Positions 48,561 to 61,800 of a stretch of DNA of 64,000 nucleotides are shown here, piece after piece. The position numbers and the translations under genes were made by a program. Origin of the DNA: Camelus dromedarius (Eukaryota). The number at the start of each line of letters is the position of its first letter. Within the stretch, counting starts at the first letter, position 1. Where the stretch lies: positions 96,474,001 through 96,538,000 of the forward strand of contig NC_087436.1 in the NCBI RefSeq assembly GCF_036321535.1, written 5' to 3'. The notes beneath the pieces are model-generated. The model was not told the origin of the DNA and searched no databases. It saw nothing but the letters and a program-made list of their open reading frames with translations.

Positions 48561-51500
48561 TTCTGAAAAAAATTCAAAGTGGGACTCAGATGGTGTTTGT
48601 GGAACTGGTGACTTAGTGACTCATGTACATGAGAGTAGGTTTTGCCAAAAGGAGAGAAAAGAAATTTTCAGGGTGGCCTATTAAGCAGGTGAGGGAAAGA
48701 TGAACTGGGGGAGGGAGGTGGAGAAGGAGTCATGCTCTCTGTCACCTTCCAAGTCCCTTCATTTTGTATTGGTCGCTATGGACAGAGTGATTGGAGCCAG
48801 AAGTTGACAAAAATCAGTACTTGGAGTTCAGTTACAGTGGGACACCATTTGAGAGAAAGGGGCGTTCTCTGTCTCCTGCAGGTACTGCTCTACCACTCCA
48901 GCATCCTGAGGATAGTTGGCTCTGAGAGAAGCAAAGGGTAGCACTAGGATGGGTGCTTTCATGGTGAACAACGTCTAGTGTGGTAGCTGGAGGTATTCTC
49001 CCATGGTTTAGAGGGCAGTGGATGTTAATCAGATGGAGAAGGGATATGGGGAAGAAAACACCAGACAAATTTGCCTCAGGATGATTTGAGATTAGGCCCA
49101 GTTTGTGAGAAAATGAGAGGCAGCCTGTGGAAACACCAGGCTGGGAAGAGGGGTCAGGATTGAAGTTATTATTGATATCACCCCATTTCTATCCCCAAAC
49201 TGGTAAGGACATTCATGCTAAAAAAATTAACTTCTAAAGTGTCTATTACTGAAACAGATTAACTCTTTACTAGATGACAATGATGGTTATTAATTATTTA
49301 TAATATACCAATATTTATTGAGAGTTTACTATGTCCCAAACATTGTTCTAGTTATGGGTGGATGCAGGAATGAACAGAATAATAATAAAACCAAATCCTT
49401 TATCTCATGAAGCTGATATTCTATTGGGGGAGAAAAATTCAACAAAAAATACTATTTTGGATAATTACATACATTATGGAAAAAAAAATAGAGACAATTA
49501 GAAGTTAGGAGGAGCTATAGTATCTGAGAAAAGGTTGCATGTATGCGTGCAGCAGAAAGGTATGTGTGCGTGGTGGTGTAAGGGGAGTTCCCTAATCTGT
49601 TTAATTTGTGCAGTACAACTGGATGACCGTGCAAAAAGGACACCTCATATTCCACAGGCAAATATTTCAACATATATTATTTAGCATTTTCTTTGTTTCA
49701 ATTTTGCATTTTTTTTTTTTTAAAATAAGCCATTACAACTATTTTCTCAGCATTCCAATAGCTTAGTTTCTGTTCAAATCCCAGGGTTTTAGAAATACAT
49801 CTATCACCATGAGACGACTTAGAGCCTCTGGATGGCCTAGAGAAATCACAGGATGGCAGAGTCTCAATTGCTGGGAGTGGCTTTATTCTATCTGGCCCCC
49901 ATTTCCTGATGTAACAACAGAGTTGGTCTTGCAGAGCAAAGACAAAAATCACCTTAAAGGGTTTGGTGTTCCCTCATCCAATAGTAGGCCTATGCAGCCT
50001 CCAGTAGCCTCTATTCTGCTACAACCTTCTCTTGGTTCACTGTGTATTCAATTTACCTCTTGAGCACGGCACCCACTGCTGGCACTCTTTGGTAAAGCCA
50101 GATTAGTTGCTTAGATTCAGGGTATACTGTTGAGTTGGTGCCCAAACTGTACTAGTTGGTAAATATTTTGAACTGCTCTCCTGCTTTTAAGCGCATACCA
50201 ATGGAGCTAATTTAAAAAGCCTAGCACAGCATATGGAAATACATCCCTACTTATTATTCTTTGCCAACATCCTTGCCCATATTTTTCTACAACATGAGAA
50301 AGCTACTACTCAGCACATCTCACATTCCCACCTGAGATGTTTCTCTATTCCTGATTCCACTTCCCTGTGACTCTCAACAGATGGTTAGTTTGTTGAGGTA
50401 GGGGCCAGGTCTTACTGACTTTGCTTCACAGAAGCCAGCTGAATGCTTTCCATGAAGGGACAACTAGTGAATGTGCTAATTAAGAAGTAGTGTTTCTTTC
50501 CCTGTAGAAGAGACGGAGAGGAATTTAAAGAAATTGTTGACAGGTCATTAGCACAATCATCTGATATGTGATTTGGGTTTGTGAGGCTGCTTTTCATTTT
50601 TAATTTGAAATATTTCCCAGCTTGGGAGAGGCTGCTTTAAGTAATAGCTTCCTTAGGCTACTCAGCTTTCACCAAGGCCAGGCTCACTCTGAGGCAGTTT
50701 TCTGATTACACAGGTCTCCCTCAGCCATAAATTTATTAAGGACACCAGAGCTACAAAATTGGGGATGACAAGATGATATAATATTTCCAAAGTCACTTCA
50801 TGAGATGGGCTGTAATAACAGTGGATCAAAAATTATTCATATTTCCCCAGTAAGTAGTACATGTATATTGGTATTGTAATACCCAGATGAAAACTGATTG
50901 AACAGTATGAACAAATAAAAAATTAAAATGTGCTGAAGGGATTGTTTAGATTGTACATACTGTGCAAATATGGGAAGCATTTTTTATTATTATGACAGGT
51001 GATCCTGTCTTGCGTATATTCTCTTAATGCAATTTACTTTAAAGCATTAATTAAAATAGGAATTCATTTTGCATTTCTGAACACCTGAAATTCTGCCCAA
51101 GTTAGCCCCTGAGATGGCTTTAGGGTCAGCTACAAATACATATGTGAACAGTCTCTACTGGGGGTTCTGTTAGTTTCTGTTCGTTAGGTTCTAATGAAAA
51201 TGCACAAGGTTGTGTATTTTAAGAGCTAGTCCTTGTATACCCTGTACCAAACAGCACACTGACATACTAGAGAATTAGTGTATGGGACTTGCCTGAATAA
51301 ACAATCTCTGATAAGGTTGGCTATTGATGACTGTGATTTCAAGTCCAGGTGGGATCAATGAAAAATTTTTAGACTGACTTTTTCAATATGAACTGTTTGT
51401 GAATACATATATATGTATGTATGTGTATGTACATACGCATATATAAAATATATTTATATTTTATATAATTTTTTAAAAAGTATAATGCTGCTCAGAGAGA

Positions 51501-51594
51501 CAATTAAAATTTTTTTAATTTCTTTTTTTTGGAGGGTGGGGATAACAGGTAAATTTTTGAAGTATGATTTTTATTAGAATTTTTCCAAGAGACC

Positions 51595-52005
51595 TGTGGC
51601 TAACGGTTGAGCAAACCTGCTTTCTCTTCTTCTGAGGCACATAGCTGAACTGCATTTCCCAGTTTCCTATGCAGTTAGATGTGACCACATGACTGAATTC
51701 TCAGCAATGGAATGTGAGTGGAAATGACATATTCTATTTCCAGGTCTGATGTAAAAAATCTCCATGGGTGATCAATCTGTTTTGCTTTTTCTCTTTCAGG
51801 ATTGAAGTAGACAAGCATGGTGACCTTGGAAATCAGGACTTGAAGATAGCAGAGACAGATGAGGCAAAGAGTCTGAGTCCCTGATTCACTGAAGCAGAGT
51901 GACTGGCAAGTTAGGAATATCTATTTGAAATTTAAATATGTGAGAATAAACTTTTATCCCATTGAGACTTTGTAAGTTTTGGAGATTATCAGAGTAGCTA
52001 AAAAC
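51595..52005 (+). mobile_element. MLT1H/I-like MaLR LTR
   Basis: catttcccagtttcctatgcagttagatgtgaccacatgactgaattctcagcaatggaatgtgagtggaa; aataaa at about 51945. Confidence 0.8.
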
Positions 52006-53995
52006 TTGTGACCATGAATGGCTGCTACTACCTGCTCTCCTGGATTCCCTTCACCGTGGACATGAAGGTGCTTCTGCTTCATGTCTAATCTCTCTAATCT
52101 GCAAAGTGTTGGGTGATGGTGCCTTACAAGGTGACTCTCCTTTACCCATTAACCCCTCAGAACTTGAAGGCCTAGAAAGTTCAGGTGTCAGTGAATCTCA
52201 GGACTTTTAGTTCATGTATATTATGAATTAAACAAGTTACACTAAATTGGGCTGGTCTGGGTACCTGAATAATGGATGTCACAAGTGAATAATAAAGGGA
52301 AGGACAAATGAGAATGAAGAATGTATTCTCCTGCCCTTTTCCATGTCCCAAGTCAAAAAAAAGTTCTGGGTCATTACAATTATTTAAGTATTTCAAAATA
52401 GTTCACTTTTTTCCTTCTCTAGGTATCCTTCAGCAGTTACATCTTGCCAGTAGTCTTTGCTGAAATGCCTTACTTCTTTTATTTCTTCCTTTTCACCCTT
52501 CATTGACTTTTCCTTCATGAGATTGAGAACTGTTAAGAGAGATTAAGTGGGGGCAGCAGTATTCCAGGGTTAGGAGAAGCTCCAGCACCCCAGGGTCCAA
52601 GGATTTTCTAGTACCATGTGTGGAGGTACACTCTTCATCCTGCGTTACTTTGAAAAAAATCACCCTTTCTGACATCAGTGTTCTTGCCTCTAAAACGAAA
52701 CGGGATGCACTAGGTAAATTTTTAAGGCTCTTCTAGCTCTAAGATTGCTTTACTTAGTAATTACTTCCTCTTTACAAATGAAAATGCAAATTGATTGCTT
52801 ATCCATAACCTTTTTAAGTTTGAAAAGTATTTTACATGCTGCGTTTTACATTTGACAGGGAAATTATTGTTAGCAACTGAGAACAACTATAATAAAGAAA
52901 TATATTTAAAAATAAAAGTATCAGAATTTCATTTTATTGTCATCTGTTCCAAAGACCTCAAAGATGCTGGTTTAGAAAAGGAATCACTTAAACATTGAAA
53001 GTATATACTAAATACCTGTAGCTTAGGTGTATTGACTTTGAAATATGACTGGAGAAAGAGGTATTCGTCTAATTCATTAATTTAAAAAATATAAAATATT
53101 CTTTTGATATTCTCTCAAAATTTGTCAAATGTGTCTTCAAAAAGAAAGATTAAATTTAATTTCTGGTAGACTCATTCACTTTTATTCCTTTTCCAGTTGG
53201 AATATATTTTAATTCCTGTGTTCAAAAGAGCAAGCAAGGAAATATAAAATTATGTTGATTTTTAAATAACATCTTAAGATTTTGCCATATTTGAATTGCT
53301 TACTTTCATCCAAATTTAATTTGAAATCAGGGAAGTCCTGTTAATTGCAATTAAATAGAATCTTAGCTCTTAATGAATATAACATTGACTGTGTATTTCC
53401 CCAATCACCTCAATTTCACAGAAATTAACATTTCAATGCATTTGCTCTGAAATGAAAATATCTTTGAAGAAACAATTATTCATGAAATAAAACATCTGGT
53501 AGAGCTGACTCAGAGACTGCGGAAACAGGCAGCTTTATAATCAACAGATCTGGCAAGCAGTTTTGATGAAACACTAGATTAAAATAAAGGTTTTTAATAT
53601 ACCATAGAGATTTTTTTTCAGTGTTCTCTCCAGGCTTGAAATTGACAGTATGGGTATTCCTCTTTAATGGCATGAGACATTCCCAGGAAACAACACATTT
53701 TTTTCCCCTATAAAATATTAACCTCAGGAGGTTTTATTTTCTATTGAGCTAAAAGTTTGTTTCTTTAGCATACATGAAAAGTCTCTCGAAAACAATGCAC
53801 TCCTCCCAAAAACTGGTATCGGTGTGTACAGCTCTACCCTACCCTGCTGCCAGTAATTGGAGAGATTTTACAGCTCCTTACATTTTAGTTTGATGGGGAG
53901 AGAGCCTATCAAACGCATTTGGCCTGAGGAATTCTTGGTGATGTCAAACACTCTAATCTAGTTTGCTACGAAAATTCATTTCAGGTTTTATATTA

Positions 53996-54231
53996 AAGGT
54001 TTTCTTAACCTTGGCACTCACTACTGACATTTTGGTCTGGATGATTCTTTGTTGTAGGAATTGTTCTGTGTATTACTGTAAGATGTTGAGTAGCATCATT
54101 GGTCTCTACCCACTAGATGCCAGTAGCACACACACCCCTGCTACTCGGTGTGACAAACAAAAATGTCTCTAGACATTGTTAATATCCTCTGGAGAGTGGG
54201 TGCAAAATTGATCCCCAATTGAGAATCACCA
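53996..54231 (-). mobile_element. MER20 element (second copy)
   Basis: tttcttaaccttggcact...ctctacccactagatgccagtagcac...aaatgtctctagacattg...ttgagaatcac. Confidence 0.9.
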
Positions 54232-54289
54232 TTTTAAAGGGTTACATTAGTGCTAACTCTAAGGACATCTCCCCAGCCCCTGCACACGC

Positions 54290-54481
54290 AAATTTGAAGC
54301 CCTGCTTCTATACTTAATAATATTGTGGTCTTGAGCAGGTTAATTAACCTCTCTGAGCCTCAGTGTCTTCATCTGTAAAATAAGGATAATAATTAGCTAT
54401 CTCATATGGCCATTATGAGCATTAAATGAGATGATGCACAGAACCACATGGAAGAGTGCCTGGAACAGTAAGCCCTGTAAA
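54290..54481 (+). mobile_element. MIR SINE
   Basis: aacctctctgagcctcagtgtcttcatctgtaaaataaggataata. Confidence 0.9.
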
Positions 54482-54982
54482 TGAAAAATACTGCCAGCCA
54501 CTTGGTAAACAAAGGATGCTGTGGCCATCAAGTTAGCAGCCACCACCGCCACCCTGGAGAGTGAATGGAGGGAACTCAGGATGCAGACAATCAGGCAGCC
54601 TGGCCCCTGCTGCCATCCTCAGTGTTGCAACTCAAGGGAACTCAGGATATGGAAGAACAGGACACTGGTTCTAGATAGCTAGGTGCATATCAAAGGAATG
54701 ATTTCAATGAGCCCAGATCTTTGCACCGTCCCATACATAGAAAAATGCTAAATTCCTTAATTTGATGTCTGGTTTTCTTTAATTAACAGTAATCTTTTGA
54801 TGTTCTGATTCTCTGGTCTTTACTGCAAAACCTCCTATAATATCCTGACTTCTCTCTTGCCTGGTTGGAACAGTCTCTTAGAGCTCTCTGAAAGGCTGCC
54901 TCCCGGGCTCTAGTTCTCAGAAAGTCCACCAAATAAAACATACCTCTCAGCTTTTAAGTTGTGCACTTTATTTCAGTTGATA
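54482..54982 (+). mobile_element. ERV1-type solo LTR inserted at the MIR tail
   Basis: Internal repeat gggaactcaggat x2, cctataa, aaataaaacatacctctc, end tttcagttgata. Confidence 0.75.
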
Positions 54983-56025
54983 GCTCTTAGCCAGCATTGG
55001 AAGTTATTTTTACTATAATCCCCATAGCCTTTGAAGAAAACTTTAATTTTCATAGTAATGCAAGATTTGAAAGTTTTCTCACCAATTATCTGAAAGTTAT
55101 AATAATTGATACTAATCAATGGGTATTTCCCCTTTTTAATCCCAGTTAAGATAATTACAGAGATGATGAATTCCTTCAGCTACTTTTCAAGAAGGGAACA
55201 CATGCCATCAGCCTCCCTAGGATTTTATATTGCCCCATCCTCATGACAGAATCCAGGACACGTTCAAAAGAAAACATTTTTTTTGTAACTATTTTTTAAA
55301 TCACAGGCTTACTTAAGAAGTTCTAATTGGATCAAACTTTTACTATAATAGTAATTGAAGCAAATGCTAATAGCACAACACCTCTAGATTTCAGAACACA
55401 GCAGTAGCTGAGGCGTCATTTAAAATCTCAGCAGGTCCTGCTCTTATGTTTTCCATAAACCTGAGGGCTACAATAGAAGAGGGTATGATTAAGACCAGTG
55501 CTCAATAGCACCACAGGCACCCTTGTGTTTGGAAATGGCAACTGAATCTTTTCTTTAAATTTGAGACTAAAACAGTCACTTGACATCTTATCAAAATAAA
55601 AACAGGTTGGGTTTTTTGAAAAATACAGTGCTGAGATGTTAAGGAAATGGATCTTAAATCATCTCTCTTGGTAGCATTTTAAATTGTATTAAGATGCAGA
55701 TAGTTAGCCCCTACTGCCTGACATTGCAATCCAGTCATATCTGAAGTATAGCTCTGGAATTAGATATTTTATAAAGTGCTCCAGGTGATTTTCAGATTTT
55801 CAAACAAATTTGGAAGATACTGCCTAAAGAAACAGAGGAATACCTACAAAGCTTAAGTAAATTTCCTTGATGACTCTGATCATAAATGCAGGATTAATTT
55901 ATTTATTCATTCTACATATACTTAATAAGAGCCCACTACATGGCAGGAACTGAGTTAGCTACAGGCAAGGTGAATAAAGATTGAACAAAATAGACCTGGA
56001 TCCTGCCTTGCTAAAGATTTATTAT

Positions 56026-56525
56026 TGACCAAGATGGCTTTAACAGTCCCTCAGCTTGACTAAGCTTTACACAGATTTCTTCCTGACTGCAAGGTCCCTG
56101 ATCTCCCTTTTCTTAGAGCATTTACTTCAGATTTTCAGTTGAAATTATTTTTCTGCCTCTTTGAGATGTAAATCTTCTAAAATCCTGGAATGTCTTTCTG
56201 GAGGAATTGGGAGCCATCCGTTTGAAATGTAATCATCAAGAAAGATAGGGTTTCTTCAGTTTCTCTCTTCAGTTTCTTTGGGAGGATAGGAGCCTAATTT
56301 GTTGGATACATGCCAATTAGCAAACACAGATGTCCTGATCACATTAACCAACCTCCTCCCTAATGTCCTCCAGTTCTTTTCCATGAGCTCACCCCAGCAC
56401 TTAAAAATTCGCCCACCTTTTATTTCAGTGGAATTGAGTTCAGTCTCTGTTTTCAGTAGCATTAGTCTTGACTCCTTTTGCAATAGTCTTGAATAAAGTC
56501 TTTCTTGCCTACTTTTCCTTTGATA
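56026..56525 (+). mobile_element. MER34-like ERV1 solo LTR
   Basis: ctcagcttgactaagc...ctcccttttcttagagcatttact...tgagatgtaaatcttc...gcaatagtcttgaataaagtc. Confidence 0.8.
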
Positions 56526-56769
56526 CCTATTTCACTGATTTTGATCTTTATCGTTCATAAAAATCATCTGAGTTTGTTAATTCAGTAGGTTTGGGTATTA
56601 ACAAGGAATCTGCACTTGTAAGCACCTGGGTATTATAAGCAGGGCATAGAAAGAACAGACATTAAACCACTGGTGCCCACAGTCCCACCATACATTATAT
56701 TAAGGAGTATATTATCATAGGCAAGTCACAAGACCTAGAAGCCCACTTCAAGGGCTCACAAAAGTCAAA

Positions 56770-57805
56770 TTGTGGGCTTTTTTAACCATCAAAATAGTTA
56801 AGTATAGTAATTATTTCAGAAACATTGTATGAAATAGAAATCCATGAGTATACACTGATTATAAATAAATAAGTAAATAACTGGGGAGAAAGGAGGGCTC
56901 TTGATTACAGAAGAAGGCTGAGTGATGATTGGTTGATGTGTAGAGAGTGCTGGAGTTTAAAAATCAATATTTTGCAACTATCATGTTTGCAAAATTCATG
57001 CACATGATTCACGCAAGAATCACAAATGAATGATAAATCAAGGGTGACGTTTTTGATGCAGAGCAGGATATATGCATGGTCTTAAAGTGTCTTCCTACAT
57101 TGCTTGCTAATTGTAAGGGAAAAAAATAGTAACTACACAATAGGGTAACTGGACCATACGTTGGCCAGGTCATCAAAGTTAAAATCAACGACAAAGGGCA
57201 GATGGACATCATGTGCTACTATATGTGATACCCTGAGAAGCACATAAAATTATTCGCATAATATTTGTATTAAGAATGGTAATCTAATCACGAGGAAACA
57301 TTAGAGAAATCCCAAATCATGATCTTTCTACTAACAAGGAAAGGGGGGAAGGATATATGTATTCTTCAAAAATGTCAATGTCCTAAAAGATAAAGGCCGA
57401 GAAATTATTCCAGATTAAAGGAGACTCAAGAAGTCTGAAAATTAAATGCACTATGTGATCCTAGACTGGATCTTATACTGAAGAAAAAATGCTATACAGG
57501 CCTTTGTTCCATCTGTTGATAAAGTTACAATACAGTCAATAGATCACTAAAAGTTAAAAACTATAATGATTATGGAAGAGAATACCCTAATTCTTAGAAA
57601 ATACACACTAAAACATTGAGAGGTAAAAACATTGTATGTGATTTGTTCTCATGTGGTTCAGAAGAAATGTAGGTAGATAGCAAATAATAAATATAAAGCA
57701 AATGGGGCAAGATATTAACAATGGTAAATCTGTGTAAAACAGATACAAGCATCTTTTGTACTATTCTTGCATGTTCAAAATTATTTTCAAATAAAAGGTT
57801 TAAAA
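56770..57805 (+). mobile_element. L1MC-type 3'UTR
   Basis: gaaatccatgagtatacactgat...ccaggtcatcaaagttaaaatc...ttccagattaaaggagac...ttttcaaataaaa. Confidence 0.8.
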
Positions 57806-58025
57806 TATGCCATTAAAAGAGCATGTTTATACAATGAGAAAACCAGTAATTCCATAAACCAAGACAATGCACGGCCTTTACACAGTTGCAACTAAATATT
57901 ATCCCCCTAGCCTTTACAGAGGCTTAAGATGATTTTTGAATATTATTTATTCTGTTGTTTAATGTAGTAAGAAACCAACTCATTTATACATTTCTCTGTG
58001 ACTATAGTAACTTTAAGGCCTATAT

Positions 58026-58365
58026 TGTTGACCTGAAACAAACAGACTGCCAGATATTTCATCAGCAAAGATGGGTTTGTTTCGATCATCAGAGAATTGA
58101 AATTTGGGGTATGCAACCATGGTGAGCCATGTGCAAGATCCCATGCAGCAAGGGAAGGAAAAAAGCCTTTATAGAGAGGAAAAGGAAGTTGAGACAGCTA
58201 CGGTAAACTAAGAGCTCATGACTCTTCCTTGGCTAAGCCCTTGCCGGGAAAGAAGAGGAATCTTTCTCCTTCCTATTGGGCTCTACTATCATTGCAGGGT
58301 GTGGGAATTCCCGCTTCTGGTCTCACAACTCTGTTTAATTGAAATTTCTGTTTATTCAGTTTACA
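58026..58365 (-). mobile_element. ERV1-type solo LTR (340 bp)
   Basis: tgt...aca ends, 4-bp TSD atat/gtat, minus-strand CCAAT and ctataaa. Confidence 0.75.
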
Positions 58366-58539
58366 GTATTAATGGGCTTCAATTTTTTGGGTGGTATTTT
58401 GGGAATTACATGGTAAACTGCATCAGAGTGTTGAAAATGTTGCATTATACATAAATATATAAATGAAAATGCTATACTGAAACAAAAATATGCACTAGGC
58501 TTATTCTCCAGAAGTCAGAGGCAACTTTCAGATTTTGCT

Positions 58540-58812
58540 CAAATGCCACAACCTGAGGAGACTCCTGAGAAATATGCCTCAGATAGCAGTACCCTCCACT
58601 TCCTCCTCCCCTCCACTGTGGTCACTCTCTATTACTTTACTGTGCTTTATTTATCTGCTTTGCATTTAGCACCAACTTTTTATATTTATTTGTGTGTACT
58701 GTTTGTCTTCTTCTAAAACATAAATTCTATGGGAGCAAAAACCTTGCTTGTTTTGTTTTTTGTTTTTGTTTTTGTTTACTGCTAAAACAATGTTTAGCAA
58801 ATGAATGAATGA
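58540..58812 (+). mobile_element. L2 3' end
   Basis: ctcaaatgccac...taaattctatgggagcaaaaaccttg...aatgaatgaatga tail. Confidence 0.7.
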
Positions 58813-61800
58813 GAGAGAGAGAGAAAGAATTGTATGTCTCCACAAATTTACTCTTTGGTTCTTTACTTAAGAGCCAAAGTAAAGTTTCCCATTATATCAC
58901 TATAATAAGATATAAATATTTGTTATACATAGACACACAGATACACCCAAGATACCTGGGAGTGAAGCAGAGAACACTGCAAGGGAGAGGGACAATTGGC
59001 CCCTAAGTTAAACAGTTCGTATTGTGAAGGAGCTAGCTTGCAAAGGACTTCAGATTTTTATCTCGTTAGTGAGTCACTAAAGAGTTTTAAGCAAAGGACT
59101 GACACAATCACGTTGCCAAGATAAAAAGTTATCTGGTGGTGATGGATATTTCATCAACATACCAAGCTGTATATTTTAAACATACACAATTTTTGTTTTT
59201 CTATTATATGTCAATAAAGCTGGCAGAAAAATGCTCTGCGATGACAGGATGGAGAGCGGTTTTGGGAAAAGGAAAACCAGAGGCCGGGAAACCAGAGCTA
59301 CTGACAAAAAACTTGAGGTATGGAAGTGGTGGCCCTTTTCTATACATGTGATTGACTTTTCTGAATTAAAAAAAACCTTATAGGGAAGATAACCAAATTG
59401 TAGATTTTCCTCTAAATGAAATAACATATATGTCTCAAAAAATTAATAAATTTTCACCTGTGCGTTGGGCCTATTTAGAAATCTTTTATTTTTTGCTTCT
59501 ATCCATGGATCATTAAAAGGTTGACTTTTATTTTTAATTTGTTAATGTATAGGATATTACTCTCTTTGACTTAGCTACTGATAAATTTGTTTTTAGATCC
59601 TTAGCCATTTCAACTGATGGTGTGATGAGATGATGAAATATCAGGCTGTGGCTGTTATTTTCTTCTGAAGAGTTAATCCATTTTGTTATTTGCTCTGAAG
59701 CAGTGGATCCAGAGCTACAATATTTCATTGTTTGGTTGATGGTGGCAGCCACATTCATTACAAACAGCCTATTAATCCTACAGTGCTTCCTTCAGCTCAA
59801 GGATCAGTAAGTTCATGAGACACCTCTCTTCTGGAGGTTTGCAGCTTGTAGCAAGGTGAGAGCACACCTTAGCACTTAGCACTTGTGCTAAGTGAGAGCA
59901 CAGATGTATCAGTTGAAATTTGACTGTTTTTGTGATAGAATTTGCAGTAAGATCTTTGAGGGAGCAAACAGAACTGGTACACACTGCCAGTATATTATTG
60001 GGCAGTGACAAAGTATAAACAACTACGAAACTTAGTCATGATATGAGGGAATGTAGGAGACTTTCCAAAAGGAACAGTGAGCAAATTCCAAAGGCAGTCC
60101 TGGACATCTGACTGGACAATGCATGACAATGATCTCAGGAGGCCTACTCTCATCTGTATTTGAAGCTTTTACTGTTTTCTCTCTGAAAAGTAAAACAGTC
60201 AGTTCAACCAAGCTATCAAGTTTAATTCTAGCAACCGGGGAGCAACTGGATGGTTAAATACCACCCATTGAACCCTTTCCAGATTTTTCCTCATCAAACA
60301 TGAATATTAAGCACCTCTTGTTTTTTTCTGCCCTTCCTATGCAAGTTTAACACTCACATTTCATTTACCATTATCTGTGTCTTACACGTTTATTAGGTTA
60401 ACTTATCTGTCTATATATACCCAACACACCTTAGGAGTTTTTCCTGTCTTTATAAGTACCACCTTATTTATTAATTGTACTCAGCATATCTAATGTTTCA
60501 TTTAGCCCATTTGTTTTTCTTATCCTCTATGTCAGAACTGAAGTTCTTAAATAATGCAGCAAATGTGTACTGCAGTAGCTATGCAAAATGAGGCCTCTAT
60601 CATGTTACTACAATTATTAACTGAGTCATCTAAGCAGACTACTAAATTTAAGCAGTTTGGATAGTTAACCAAAAAGAGGAGAACTGTAGGATCCCTCAAA
60701 ATACCCTTTAAACAATATTTTAAAATTATTTGCTTCTAGGTAATTTCTCTTACCTAAAATGAAGGTAGATTTATTATTTTTTCATCTAGTTCTTTAATTT
60801 TGTTTTAGTTGGAACTAAGTTAGCTTGAATGACAGTAAATACTCAAAACAACTAAAAAAAATAAAAGTTCATTTCTCTGTTAGGTATGTGAAAGAAGTTT
60901 TCCAGCTAGCAAGAAGGAGGAAAGAAAATAAGGAGGGCAAACCCTTTTCTCAAAAGGTAAACACAAGATGTTTACTTGTAAGCATCAGCTAGAACTTCGT
61001 CATATGACCACACTTAAAGGATGCTGGAAAATGTCTTTTTCTTTTTTTTGATTGGTTATGAGTCTAACTAAAAGTCAAAGTTTGGGGGAAAAAAAAGAGA
61101 ATATATATTGGAAGAGGAATATCAGGCTCTGTCACAAAAGTCTGAACAAAATCAAAATTTCTACTAAAGTGTAAAAATGTGATTGACTTGTAAATGGGAC
61201 AAATGTCCTGCCACCTTGTTGGAATCTCACCATTTTCTTTTCAATCTAAAACTCAATGTAAATCCAAATCCATATTATTACAACTCTCCCCAAAAAGTGC
61301 ATAATTATGATCGAGTTATCATGTGATTAAAAATTTTTCTCTTAGATTTTAAATTCAAAATAACCAATAATTACCTTGTACAGCATACTTAGTAAATGCA
61401 TCTTATTGCCATAATAATGTCAATATCATATCATTAAACTAAATATAAACATTTGGAAACAATTAAATGTGAACCCAACTCTCCCTAGTTCCAAAAAAGT
61501 GAACCCAACTCTCCCTCTCTCCTTCCAAAGACTGTGTCATTCAGTGCTTTTTAAAAAAAATAGACTGTGAGTCACCCAATTTTCCCTTTATTTTCTTGCT
61601 TTCTTCCTCTTCCTTGCTCCTTTCTGGAGTTGTTTCCTATTCTTTGCAGCAAGAGTGGATGTTGGCTGGCTTTAACAGCTGAAATTTTTCATACAGTGTC
61701 TGTTCCAATTGACCAGTTGTTAGATATACTGTGTGACCCCTGTTGCCTCCAACAAACATTAACTGATTCAGATGTTTGACTAACTGCAGAATAGAGTCTG

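Noticed and set aside
59534..60011. Two adjacent minus-strand ORFs as a pseudogene
   Set aside because: No recognisable domain or splice structure.
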